From an uncultured Gammaproteobacteria bacterium (GTDB taxonomy: Bacteria; Patescibacteriota; Patescibacteriia; SG8-24): DNA of 64,000 nt. Positions within the stretch are counted from its first letter, which is position 1; each line of letters opens with the position of its first letter. The notes under the pieces were generated by a model. The model searched no databases. It saw only the letters and a list, made by a program, of their open reading frames with translations, and had not been told where the DNA came from. Below are positions 22,001 through 34,000 of this stretch, one piece after another. The translations under genes and the position numbers were made by a program. The stretch covers positions 253,293-317,292 of the forward strand of contig CAZBFO010000003.1 of the NCBI GenBank assembly GCA_964491475.1, in the 5' to 3' direction.

Positions 22001-25000
22001 AACGGCGGCACCAACAACACTTCCTTCACTGCCAACCGGCTGACGTACTTCGACGGCACCAAGATCGCCTCGACCTCGATCGATCCGGCCAACGTGCTCG
22101 TCTCTGGCGGCAGCCTGTACACTTTGGCCGCCACCAGCGGTTCGAACTCCACCATCAGCCAGGGAGGCACGGCGACCATCGCTGCGGGTACCGACATCAG
22201 CACGACGGGCAACGGCAGCGGCACCGTCACGATTGCTGACACCTCGACGCTCTCGAGCGTAACCGGCCGCGGTGCCTCGACCTCGACCGCCGTCTCCCTG
22301 AACGGCGGCGCCACGGTCCGCGGCCTGACGGTCGACTCGGCCACGGCCACCGAGGACCGCATCCTCACGAGCATCGCCGCCACCGGAGCGGCCCGCTTCG
22401 ACGGCACGATCACCAACGCCGACCTGACCGCAGCCCGCACCTGGACGCTCCCGAACGCCAGCGGCACCTTCGCGGTGTCGGCTTCCGCGCCCATCTCGCT
22501 CTCGGCGGCGGGCAACGTCTCCTGCCCGACCTGCCTCACTTCCGGCAGCACCGTGTTCACCCTCGCCGCCACCTCCGGCAGCAGCCAGGCGCTCGCCTCC
22601 GGCGACACCATCACCATCGCGGCCGGCTCCAACGTTACCACCACGGCCGGAGCGACCGACACCGTCACCGTCGCGGTCGTCAGCAACCCCACCTTCACCA
22701 CGGTGACCGCCACCGACGTCGACAACGCCGCCACGTTGAACCTCGGGGCCAGCTCGACCACCGTCAACATCGGCAATCCCTCTTCCACCACCAACATTTA
22801 CGGCACGCTCTCGCTCGCCGGCGACTTCGCGCCGTCGGTCGACAACACCTACGAGCTCGGCACCGCCAGTCTCCGCTGGAAGGACGTCTGGGTCGGACCC
22901 GGCTCGTACAAGCTGTCCTCGACCGCCGGAAACTCCGGTTCGGGCACGGACTACACGCTTGGCAGCCTGTCGTTCAGCGGTACCGACTTGGTGCTCAAGT
23001 CTGACGTCGTCGGTTTGGGTACGCAAGGCTCGCTCCGTCTCACCACGGCCAGCAACTACGGTGTCGTCGTCGGTCCTTCTGGCGAGGTGTCGGTCGGTTT
23101 CGGCGGCAGCAACCTCGGTGCGGGCATCGTCCACACCGACGCTTTCGGCGTGCTCTCAAGCTCGGCGCTCGACCTTACCGCTGAAGTTGGCACCAGCGTC
23201 CTGCCGATCGCCAACGGCGGCACCAACAACACTTCCTTCACGGCCAACCGCCTGACCTACTTTGACGGCACCAAGATCGCTTCGACGACCATTAATCCGG
23301 CCAACGTCTTGCTCTCCGGCGGAAGCCTGTTCACTGCTGCAGCGACATCGGGCTCCAATTCGACCATCTTGCAGGGCGGCACGCTGACGCTCGCCGCAGG
23401 CACCGACATCAGCACGACGGGCAGCGGCTCGGGTACGGTCACGGTCGCCGACACCTCGACCCTGGCCAGCGTCACCGGCCGCGGCGCGACCACTTCCACT
23501 GCCATTACCCTGACTGGCGGCGCGACCATTTCGGGCGGCGTCGACCTTAGCAGCGCCATCTTGGCCGGCACCAACCCATTGGTGTTCGATGGCACTACCG
23601 TCGATGCCAACACGACCGCGCTGTCGTTCGTGGATCCGACCGGCACCAACGTCATCACCTTCCCTGACGCCTCCGGTTACGTGCTGCTTTCGGGCGGAAA
23701 TCTGTTCACGCTGGCCGGTTCCTCTGGCAGCAACTCCACCATCAATCAGGGCGGCACCGCGACCGTCGCCGGTGCTTCCGGCCGCGTTTCCGCCACCGGT
23801 AACGGCAGCGGCACCGTTACCATCGACGTCATCGAGTCCGGTTTGAGCTTGGCCAGCATGGGCGGGTCGCTCGATCTGACCACCCAGGTCTCGGGCGTCC
23901 TGCCGATTGCCAACGGCGGCAGCAACAGCTCCGGTCCGTTCGTCACCGGTGAGCTGCTTTCCTTTGACGGGTCATCGTTCGTCTCCTCGGGCATTTCTGC
24001 GGCCAGCGTCGTCACCTCCGGCACGGCGGCCGGCGGCGACCTTACGGGCTTCTACCCGAACCCGACGGTTGCCGCGAATGCCGTCGCTCTCGGCACGGAC
24101 ACCACCGGTAACTACGTCGCCACCGTTGCCGGTTCCGGCCCGATTTCCGTCGCCGGCTCCGGCGGTGAGAGCGCCAACGTGACCGTTTCCTGCCCGACCT
24201 GCGTCACCACCTCCAGCAGCAACGTTTGGACGCTGTCCGGATCCACCGGTACTTCGACGGCCATCGGCTACGGCGACACCGCCACGGTCGCGGCCGGCTC
24301 CTCCAAGGTCTCTTCGGTCGGCGACGGTGCCGGATCGGTAGCCATCGACGTCGTCGAGGCCAACTTGAACCTCAACAACATCGGCGGCTCGCTGGACCTC
24401 TCCACCCAGACCACCGGCCAGATCGACCTGACCACCCAGGTTACCGGTGTGCTTCCGATTGCCAACGGCGGTACCAATAACACCGGTTTCACCACCAACC
24501 GCCTGGTGTACTTCGACGGTTCGCAGCTGACCTCTACCTCCATCAATCCCACCGATGTCCTTCTGTCCGGCGGCAGCCTCTTCTCAACGGCCGGCAATTC
24601 TGGCACCTCGACCATCTCGCAGGGCGGCACGCTCTCGATTCTCGGCGGCACCGACGTCACTACCACCGACGACGGTTCCGGCAACATCACCGTCGATGAC
24701 ACCTCGACCCTGGCTAGCGTCACCGGCCGCGGCTCGTCGACTTCGACCGCCGTCTCCCTGAACGGCGGCGCCTCGGTCCGCGGACTGACGGTCGACGACG
24801 TCACCGCCACGCACGACCGCATCCTGACCAGCATCGCCGCCACCGGAGCGGTCCGCTTCGACGGCACGATCACCAACGCCGACCTGACCGCAGCCCGCAC
24901 CTGGACGCTCCCGAACGCCAGCGGCACCTTCGCGGTGTCCGCCAGCGCTCCCATCTCGCTCTCGGCAGCCGGCAACATTTCCTGCAGCACCTGTCTCGTC

Positions 25001-28000
25001 TCCGGCGGCAGCCTCTTCAGCAGCCTCGGCGACACCGGTACTTCGTCCATTTCGCAGGGCGGCTCGCTGAAGATCGCCGGCGGCAGCAACATCACCACGT
25101 CCGACAACGGTGCTGGCATCATCACCGTGGCCACGTCGGCGAATCCGAGCTTCACCTCGGTCACTTCCGACACCTTCGACAGCTCCAGCACCACCCTGAA
25201 CCTCGGCCCGACCAACGCCACCACCATCAACATCGGCAACGGCGGATCGACCACCAACATCTTCGGCACGTTGGTGCTCGACGGCGGCTTCAACCCCGCA
25301 GTCGACAACACCTATGACCTCGGTTCCCCGGCGCTTCGCTGGAAGACCGTGTACGTCGGTCCCGGCTCGTATCATCTGACCTCGACCACCGGCACTTCCG
25401 GTTCCGGTGCCAACTACACCGACGGCTCGCTGGCGTTCGGAGGAACCAACCTGAAGCTCGCTACCGCCGCGGTCGGCACCGGCGCGATCGGTTCGTTGCA
25501 GCTCACGACCGGCAGCAACGCCGGGGTGAACGTCGACTCCACGGGCAAGGTCGGCGTCGGTACCGCCTCTCCGACTGCTCTCCTGTCCGTCGGTTCCGCC
25601 TCCGACTTCACCGTTGACAACTCCGGTAACGTCACCGCCTCTGGCGACGCGGCAGTGAACGGCGGCAATCTCACCACGACCGCCTCGACCGGCAATCTTT
25701 TCAGCACCAATGCGACCACCGTCAACCTCGGTGACGCCGCCGATACCGTGAACCTCGCGGGCGGCAGCGGCTCGACCGGTTGTACCATCGATCTCAACGG
25801 TAACTTCAGCTGCACGGGTTCGGTTACCGGCGGCGGCACCGTCGGCGGTTCCGGAGCGCAGTACCACACTGCGGTCTGGGCATCCGCCAACACCCTTGCC
25901 GACGTAGGTCCCGGCACTGCGGGTCAGCTGCTGATTTCCCAGGGCGGTTCGGCCTATCCGGCCTACACCACGGTATCCGGCGACGCGACCATTAACGGAT
26001 CCGGCGTGCTCACCATTTCCGCGAATGCCGTCGCCCTCGGCACCGACACCACCGGCAACTACGTTGCCAGCGTGTCCGCCACCGGGCCGATCTCGATTTC
26101 TGGCACGCCCGGCGAAGGTTGGACTCCCAACGTCTCCTGCCCGACCTGCGTGACCACCAGCAGCACCGGCGTCTGGACCCTGTCCGGCTCCACCGGCTCC
26201 AGCACCTCCATCAACTACGGCGACACCGCCACCGTCGCGGCCGGCTCCTCCAAGGTCTCCGCCGTCGGTAGCGGCACCGGATCGGTGGCCATCGACGTCG
26301 TCGAGGCCAACCTGAACCTCAACAGCATCGGCGGCTCGCTCGACCTGTCGACGCAGACCACCGGTTTCCTTAGCCTCACCACCCAGGTCACCGGCGTCCT
26401 GCCGATCGCCAACGGCGGCACCAACAACACTTCCTTCACGACCAACCGGCTGACGTACTTCGACGGCACCAAGATCGCGTCTACCGCCATCGATCCTTCG
26501 ACGGTGCTGGTTTCCGGCAGCGCGCTGTTCAACTCTGCCGGCGACACGGGCACGTCGAGCGTTTCGCAGGGCGATACGCTTACCTTTGTGGGCGGCACCG
26601 ACGTTTCGACTGCGGATGACGGCGCGCGCAACGTCACCATCAACGACATCTCGACGCTCGCCACGGTCACCGGCCGCGGCGCGACCACTTCTACGGCCGT
26701 CACGTTGACCGGCGGCGCCACCGTCCGCGGCCTGACGGTCGACTCCTCGACGGCCACCAACGACAAGATACTCACCTCCATCACCACTGTCGGCGCAGCG
26801 TCGTTCAATGGCACGATCACCAACGCCGACCTGACCGCCGCCCGCACCTGGACGCTCCCGAACGCGAGCGGCACCTTCGCGGTGTCGGCCTCGGCGCCGA
26901 TCTCGCTCTCGGCCGCGGGCAACATCAGCTGTTCGACCTGCGTCACGACCGGCGGATCGCTGTTCACGCTGGCGGGCTCGACGGGCAGCAACTCGACCAT
27001 CAGCCAGGGCGGCACGGCCACGATCGCCGCGGGCTCGAGCAAGGTGACCGCCGCGGGCAACGGCACGGGCACCGTCTCGATTGACGTCGTCGAGGCCAAC
27101 CTGAACCTCAACAACATCGGCGGCTCGCTCGACCTTTCTACCCAGACCACCGGCACCATCGACCTGACCACCCAGGTCTCGGGCGTCCTCCCGATCGCCA
27201 ACGGCGGCTCCAATGCCGACGGCACCGGCTACACCGCCAACCGCCTCCTGGCCTTCGATGGCACCAGCTTCGTGACCACTTCCATCAACCCCGCCAACGT
27301 CCTGCTCTCCGGCGGCAGCCTCTTCACCAGCCAGGGCGACAGCGGCAGCTCGACCATCAGCCAGGGCGGCACGCTCAAGGTGGCCGGCGGTACTGACGTC
27401 ACGACCTCCGACAGCGGTTCCGGCGTGATTACGGTCAACGACTCTTCGACCCTGGCCAGCGTGACCGGCCGCGGCGCGTCGACCTCCACCGCCTCGTCCT
27501 TCAACGGCGGCGCCACAGTCCGCGGCCTGACGGTCGACTCCGCCACGGCCACCGAGGACCGCATCCTGACAAGCGTCGCCGCCACCGGCGCCGCCCGCTT
27601 CGACGGCACCATCACCAACGCCGACCTGACCGCAGCCCGCACCTGGACGCTCCCGAACGCCAGCGGCACCTTCGCGGTGTCGGCCAGCGCTCCCATTGCG
27701 CTCTCGGCCGCCGGCAACATCAGCTGTTCGACCTGCGTCACCACCGCCACCACGCTCTTCAACTTCGCAGGTACCTCCGGCTCGGCCTCGACCATCACCT
27801 CGGGCGGCACCGCCACCGTCACCGCCGGCACCAACATGACCACCACCGGCAGCGGCGGCTCGGGTTCCGGCGCCGTCACCGTCGCGGTCGTCGCCAACCC
27901 CAGTTTCACCTCGGTCACCTCCGACACCTTCGACAGCTCTTCGACCACCCTGAACCTCGGCCCGACCAACGCCACCACCATCAACATCGGCAACGGCGGA

Positions 28001-31000
28001 TCGACCACCAACATCTACGGCACCCTCTCTCTTGCCGGCGACTTCAGCCCGTCGGTCGACAATACCTACGAGCTCGGCGCCGAGCAGCTCCGCTGGAAGG
28101 ACGTCTGGGTCGGACCCGGCTCGTACAAGCTGTCCTCGACCACCGGCACCTCCGGCTCCGGCACGGACTACACCCTCGGCAGCCTGTCGTTCGGCGGCAC
28201 CAACATGGTCCTGAAGACCGAGGCGGTCGGCGCGGGCGTAACCGGCAGCGTCCAGGTCACCACCGGTTCCAACGTCGGCCTGAACGTCGACTCGACCGGC
28301 AAGGTCGGCATCAACACCGCTTCTCCGTCGGCCGCCTTCGCTGTCGGCACTGGTTCGCCGTTCACCGTCGACAACTCCGGCAACGTCATCACTTCGGGCA
28401 ACGCCACCGTCAACGGTGACACCGCGCTCGGCGACGCCGCAACCGACGGCATCACCCTAACCGGCGAGGTTCGCGGCGCCAGCCCGATTCGCTTCGAGGG
28501 CGCCACCAACGACAACACCTACACGACTATCGCCGTGGTCGATCCGACCGCCTCGCGCACCATCAATCTGCCCAATGCCAGCGGCACCTTCGCCGTGTCG
28601 GCCAGCGCCCCGTTGTCTTTGAGCGCGGCCGGCAACCTGACCTGCAGCACCTGCGTCACCACCAGCAGCACCGGCGTCTGGACCCTGGCCGGCTCCACCG
28701 GCTCCAGCACCTCCATCAACTACGGCGACACCGCCACCGTCGCGGCCGGATCCTCCAAGGTCTCCGCGGTCGGCAGCGGCTCCGGATCGGTGGCCATCGA
28801 CGTCGTCGAGGCCAACCTGAACCTCGCCAACATCGGCGGCTCGCTTGACCTGACCACCCAGGTCACGGGTGTGCTTCCGATCGCCAACGGCGGCACCAAC
28901 AACACTTCCTTCACGACCAACCGGCTGACGTACTTCGACGGCACGTCCATCGCTTCGACGACCATCAATCCCTCGAACGTCCTGCTTTCCGGCGGCAGCC
29001 TCTTCACCGCCGCAGCCACGTCGGGCTCGAGCTCGACCATCTCGCAGGGCGGCACGCTGACCCTTGCGGCTGGCACCGACATTTCCACGACCGGCAACGG
29101 CTCCGGAACCGTCACTGTCGCCGACACCTCGACGCTTGCCACGGTCACCGGCCGCGGCGCAACCACTTCCACTGCGGTCTCGCTGACCGGAGGCGCCACC
29201 GTTCGCGGCGAGACTATCGACACCGCCACCGCAACTGACGACCTTATCGCGGTTTCCGTGACGGCCGGCGGCGCGGCCCGCTTTACCGGCACCGTCACCA
29301 ACGCCGACCTGACCGCCGCCCGCACCTGGACGCTCCCGAACGCCAGCGGCACCTTCGCGGTGTCGGCCAGCGCGCCGATCACCTTGAGTGCGGCAGGCGA
29401 TATCGGCTGTTCGACCTGCCTTACCACCGGCAGCAACATCTTCACGCTGGCCGGCACCTCTGGCTCGAATCAGACGCTTACCAACGGCGACACCATCACC
29501 ATCGCTGCGGGTACCAACATCACCACCACCGGCGGCGCCACCGACACCGTCACCGTGGCCACCGTCGCCAACCCGACCTTCAGCACCTCGGTAACCACGC
29601 CCTCGGTCGATAACGGCGCCTCTGGCATTACCATCGGTTCTGGATCGGGTACCACGACCATCACTTCGTCCAACTGGGGCGTGAGCTCGGCCGGCGCGAT
29701 TTCCGGCCTGACGGGCATCTCCAGCTCCGGCACCGTCACCCTCACCGGCCTGACCGCCAGCCGCTTCGTGACCACCGACGGCTCCTCGAACCTCACGACC
29801 TCGCAGAACTCCGCCGCCCTCTCCGCGACCCTCACCGACGAGACCGGCTCCGGCGCGGCCGTCTTCGGCACCAGCCCGGCCATCACCACCAGCCTGACCA
29901 CCGGATCGGCCAGCTTCGACCTCCTGAACGCCACGGCCACCACCGTCAACTTCGCCGGCGCGGCCACCACGCTGGCCATCGGCGCCGCGACCGGCACCGC
30001 CACCGTCAACAACGCCACGGTGACCCTCGCCAACGCCACCACCGTCAACGTCAACGGCGCCTCGCCGAGCATCGTCACCAGCTCGGCCGGCACCGCCAGC
30101 GTCTTCAACACCAACGCCACCACGCTCAACATGGGCGGCGCGGCCACCACCGTGGCGATCGGCGTCGCGGGAGCCTCCGGCACCATGAACCTCATGGGCG
30201 GCTCCGGCTCCACCGGCTGCACCGTCGACGGCTCCAACGGCAACTTGGCCTGCAGCGGCACAATCACCAGCACCGCCACCTCCGGCAACATCGGCTGGTG
30301 GAACCGCACCGGCACGACCCTTTCGCCCAGCAACTCGGGCGACAACGTCACCACCAGCGGCAACGTCAGCACGACCGGCTCCGGCACCATCACCTCGGCA
30401 GCCTTGCTGACCGCCTCCAACGGCTTCACCCAGACCACCGGCGCAACCAACGTCACCGGCACCTCCGGCTCGATCGCGCTGACCGGCTTCGGTTCCACCT
30501 CCATCACTTCCACCAACAGCGGCAGCAACGCCTTCAGCCTGTCCGACTCCGCGCTCACGACCGCCTCGCTGGCTTCGCTCACGTCGACCAACAACTCGGC
30601 CGCGAATACCGCCTGGTCCGCGGACGTCTTCAACGTCACCAACGCGCAGGGCACCACGGCCGTCAGCACCGGCAGCATCGCCGGCGTCGACGTCCAGTTC
30701 ACGCAAGGCACGACCGTTGCCGGCAACAACGACACCGCGCTGCGCGTGAACCTGGCGCAGAACAATTCGTCGTCGACTGACGCGACCTTGAGCTCGCTGG
30801 TCTCGCTGGCCAACAACGACACCGCCACCGGCAACCAGATCACCGTCACCGACGGCCTGAACATCGCCGGGGCCAACGTCACCAACGGCATCAACCTGTC
30901 GGGCACCTTCGGCACCAACCTGATCACCAGCTCCAACTTCAGCGTGACCCAGGCCGGCCTCGTCACCACCGCCGACGACATCGCCGTGAACGGCGCCGAC

Positions 31001-34000
31001 GTCACCACCACTTCCTCCGGCACCGCCACGCTCTTCAACACCAACGCCACCACGCTGAACGCGGGCGGCGCGGCCACCACGGTCAATGTCGGCATCGCCG
31101 GAGCCAGCGGCACCATGGCCCTGATGGGCGGCTCCGGCTCCACCGGCTGCACCGTCGACGGATCGAACGGCAACTTCACTTGCTCCGGCACAATCACCAG
31201 CACCGCCACCTCCGGCAACCTCGGCTGGTGGAACCGCACGGGCACGACGCTCTCGCCGGTCAACGCCGGCGACAACGTCACCACCACAGGCAACGTCAGC
31301 ACGACCAGCTCGGGCACTATCACTTCGGCCGGTACTTTGACGGCCAGCAACGGCTTCACCCAGACCACCGGAGCCACCAGCGTCACCGGCACCTCCGGCT
31401 CGATCGCGCTCACCGGCTTCGGTTCCACCGCGATCACCAGCACCACCGCCACGGGCAACGTCTTCAACCTTGCTGACACCAGCCTGACCACCGGCACCGG
31501 CTTCCGCTCGGCCACCACCAGCACCGCCACCACCAATACGGCCTTCTCGGCCAACGTCTTCGCGGCCACCTTCGCCCAGGCGACGGCAGCCAACACCTCC
31601 GGCGTCAACGGCCTCGACGTGCAGTGGACCCAGAACCCGACCGTCGCCGGCAACACCAATGAGTCGATGCTGCGCCTGCAGAACCAGCTCGTGAACAGCA
31701 CCACCGACACCAGCGTGGCCAACGGCCTGCTGATCGACAACGCAGACACTTCGGCCACCGGTTCGACGGCCATCACCAACGCCATCAACATCTCCCAGTC
31801 CGGCGGCCTCGCCACGACCGCGGCGTACACCAACTACCTGAACGCCACCAACTGGTCGGTGACCAGCGCGGGCGCGGAGACGCTCGCCTCCGACCTGGCG
31901 GTGAACGGCGGCAACCTCACCTCGTCCGCCACCACCTTCAACCTGCTCAACTCGGGCGTCACCACGCTGAACGAGGGCGGCGCTGCCACCACCGTGGCGA
32001 TCGGCATCGCGGGAGCTTCCGGCACCATGGACCTGATGGGCGGCAGCGGCAGCACCGGCTGCACGATCAACGGCTCCAACGGCAACCTGACCTGCAGCGG
32101 CACCATTTCCGGCACTTTCGCCGTGAAGTGGAGCGACCTGCAGAACCCGACGGCCAACGAGTCGCTGGCGATGGGCGCCAACACTTCGACCTTCACCTAT
32201 AACGCCACCACCGGCGCCGGCGTCAACCTCTACACCCTGGTCGACACCGCCTCGAACACCGGCACCGGCTACATCCTGTCGGCAGAAACGGCGGCCAGCT
32301 CGGCGGCCAAGCCGTTCCGGGTCGTCGCTCGCGCCAACACCATCATCGACACCACCTCCACCGGAGGCGTGACCATCGGTAACGCCACCGCAGCGCAGGC
32401 CGTGACCGTCGACGCGGGCACTGCCACGCTCAACTTCGGCAACTCCAACAACGCCAGGGCCATCAACATCGGCACCGGCACCGCCGTGGACACCATCCAC
32501 ATCGGCGACGGCGGCACGGGCGCCGACGTCATCACCATCGGTTCGAACGTCGCCGGACAGACTTTGGCGCTCGACGCCGGCACCGGCGCCGCGGCCATCA
32601 CCATCGGCAACAGCGCCACCGCCCATGGCATCCAGATCGGCACCGGCGCTGCCGTCCAGACCATCTCGATCGGCTCGACCAATTCGACCTCGGCCACCAC
32701 CGTCAGCGCCGGATCGGGCAACTTGGCCCTGACCGCCACCTCCGGCGGCGTCAACCTGTCGACGACCACCAGCGGCACCATCAACTTCCAGCCGCTCGGC
32801 TCGGGCACCACCGGCATCGTTCAGGTGGGCGCGGGCGGCGCAGGTTCCACCACGCCTGACCTCCTGGCTGTCGACGTGAAGTCGAACGCCGGCGACCCGG
32901 CCACCACCCAGAACGGCTACATGTACTACAACGGCAGCACCAACAAGTTCCGCTGCTACGAGAACGGCGCCTGGAAGGACTGCGACACCAACACCGGTTC
33001 CGCGCCGCGCCTCGACCAGATCATCGCCGCGACCGCCGCCAACACCATCGCCAACGCCAACTTCGCCCAGACTTGGAACTGGGGCACGCTCACGACCCAG
33101 ACCGCCATGACCTTCGGCGGCGGCTCGGCCATGACCACGGGCTCGGTGTTCAACTTGAGCGGCGGCACCTACGTTCACACCGGCACTGTCACCGAGACCG
33201 GCAGCTTGGCCACCTTGAACGTGACCGACTCTTCCTCAAATACGGGCGGCAACCCGGTGACCAACGGCCTGCTGATCACGCCGACGTTCAGCACTACTGC
33301 CAGCGCCGGCACCAAGGTGCTTAACGGCCTCAAGGTCGATCCGACCCTGACCTCCTGCGGTACCACCGCTGGCACCTGCACCTTGAGCGACATCGTGGCC
33401 AACACGCCGGCGCTGACGCAGACCACCACCAACACGATGAACATCAACGCCCTGCAGCTGCCGACGGCGGGCGCGCTGGTGCAGAACACGGCGGCCGGCA
33501 CCATCAACTGGAACGGCCTGACCATGCAGATGCCGAACATCACCCAGACCACCGGCACGGTCACCTCGACCGGCGTGAAGGTCACTGGCGGCACGGTCAC
33601 CTCCGGCACCTCGTATGCCTTCGTTTCGGACAGCAACGCCGGCAACGTAGGCGTCGGCACGCTTACGCCGACGCGCACTTTGGACGTGAACGGCAACATG
33701 GGCGGCAGTTCCGTCACTAGCGCCCAATCGCTGACCAGCACGCAGACGGTGACCGTCTCGACCAAGGCGGTGGCCTTCTACCTGTCCGAAGACTCCACCA
33801 CCACGAACTCCGACGTCGACATCACCTTCAATCTGACCGGCCTGCCCGACGTGGACGGCACCTACGCCTTCTTCTACCTGTCGGCCAAGAAGGGCGTGAC
33901 CACCAACGCGCACCTCACCACCGTCGATGTCAGCATCAACGGCAACGCCATCACCAACGCCCTGGTGAAGAGCTCCACCGCGACCGTCGCCTCGACCATC

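Noticed and set aside
28457-33178. 1,573-aa minus-strand ORF and other long antisense ORFs (60-2165, 2952-5432, 20581-22797, 29470-31833, 49324-51111)
   Set aside because: Shadow frames of GC3-biased genes; they lie opposite well-supported CDSs and carry no recognisable motifs.
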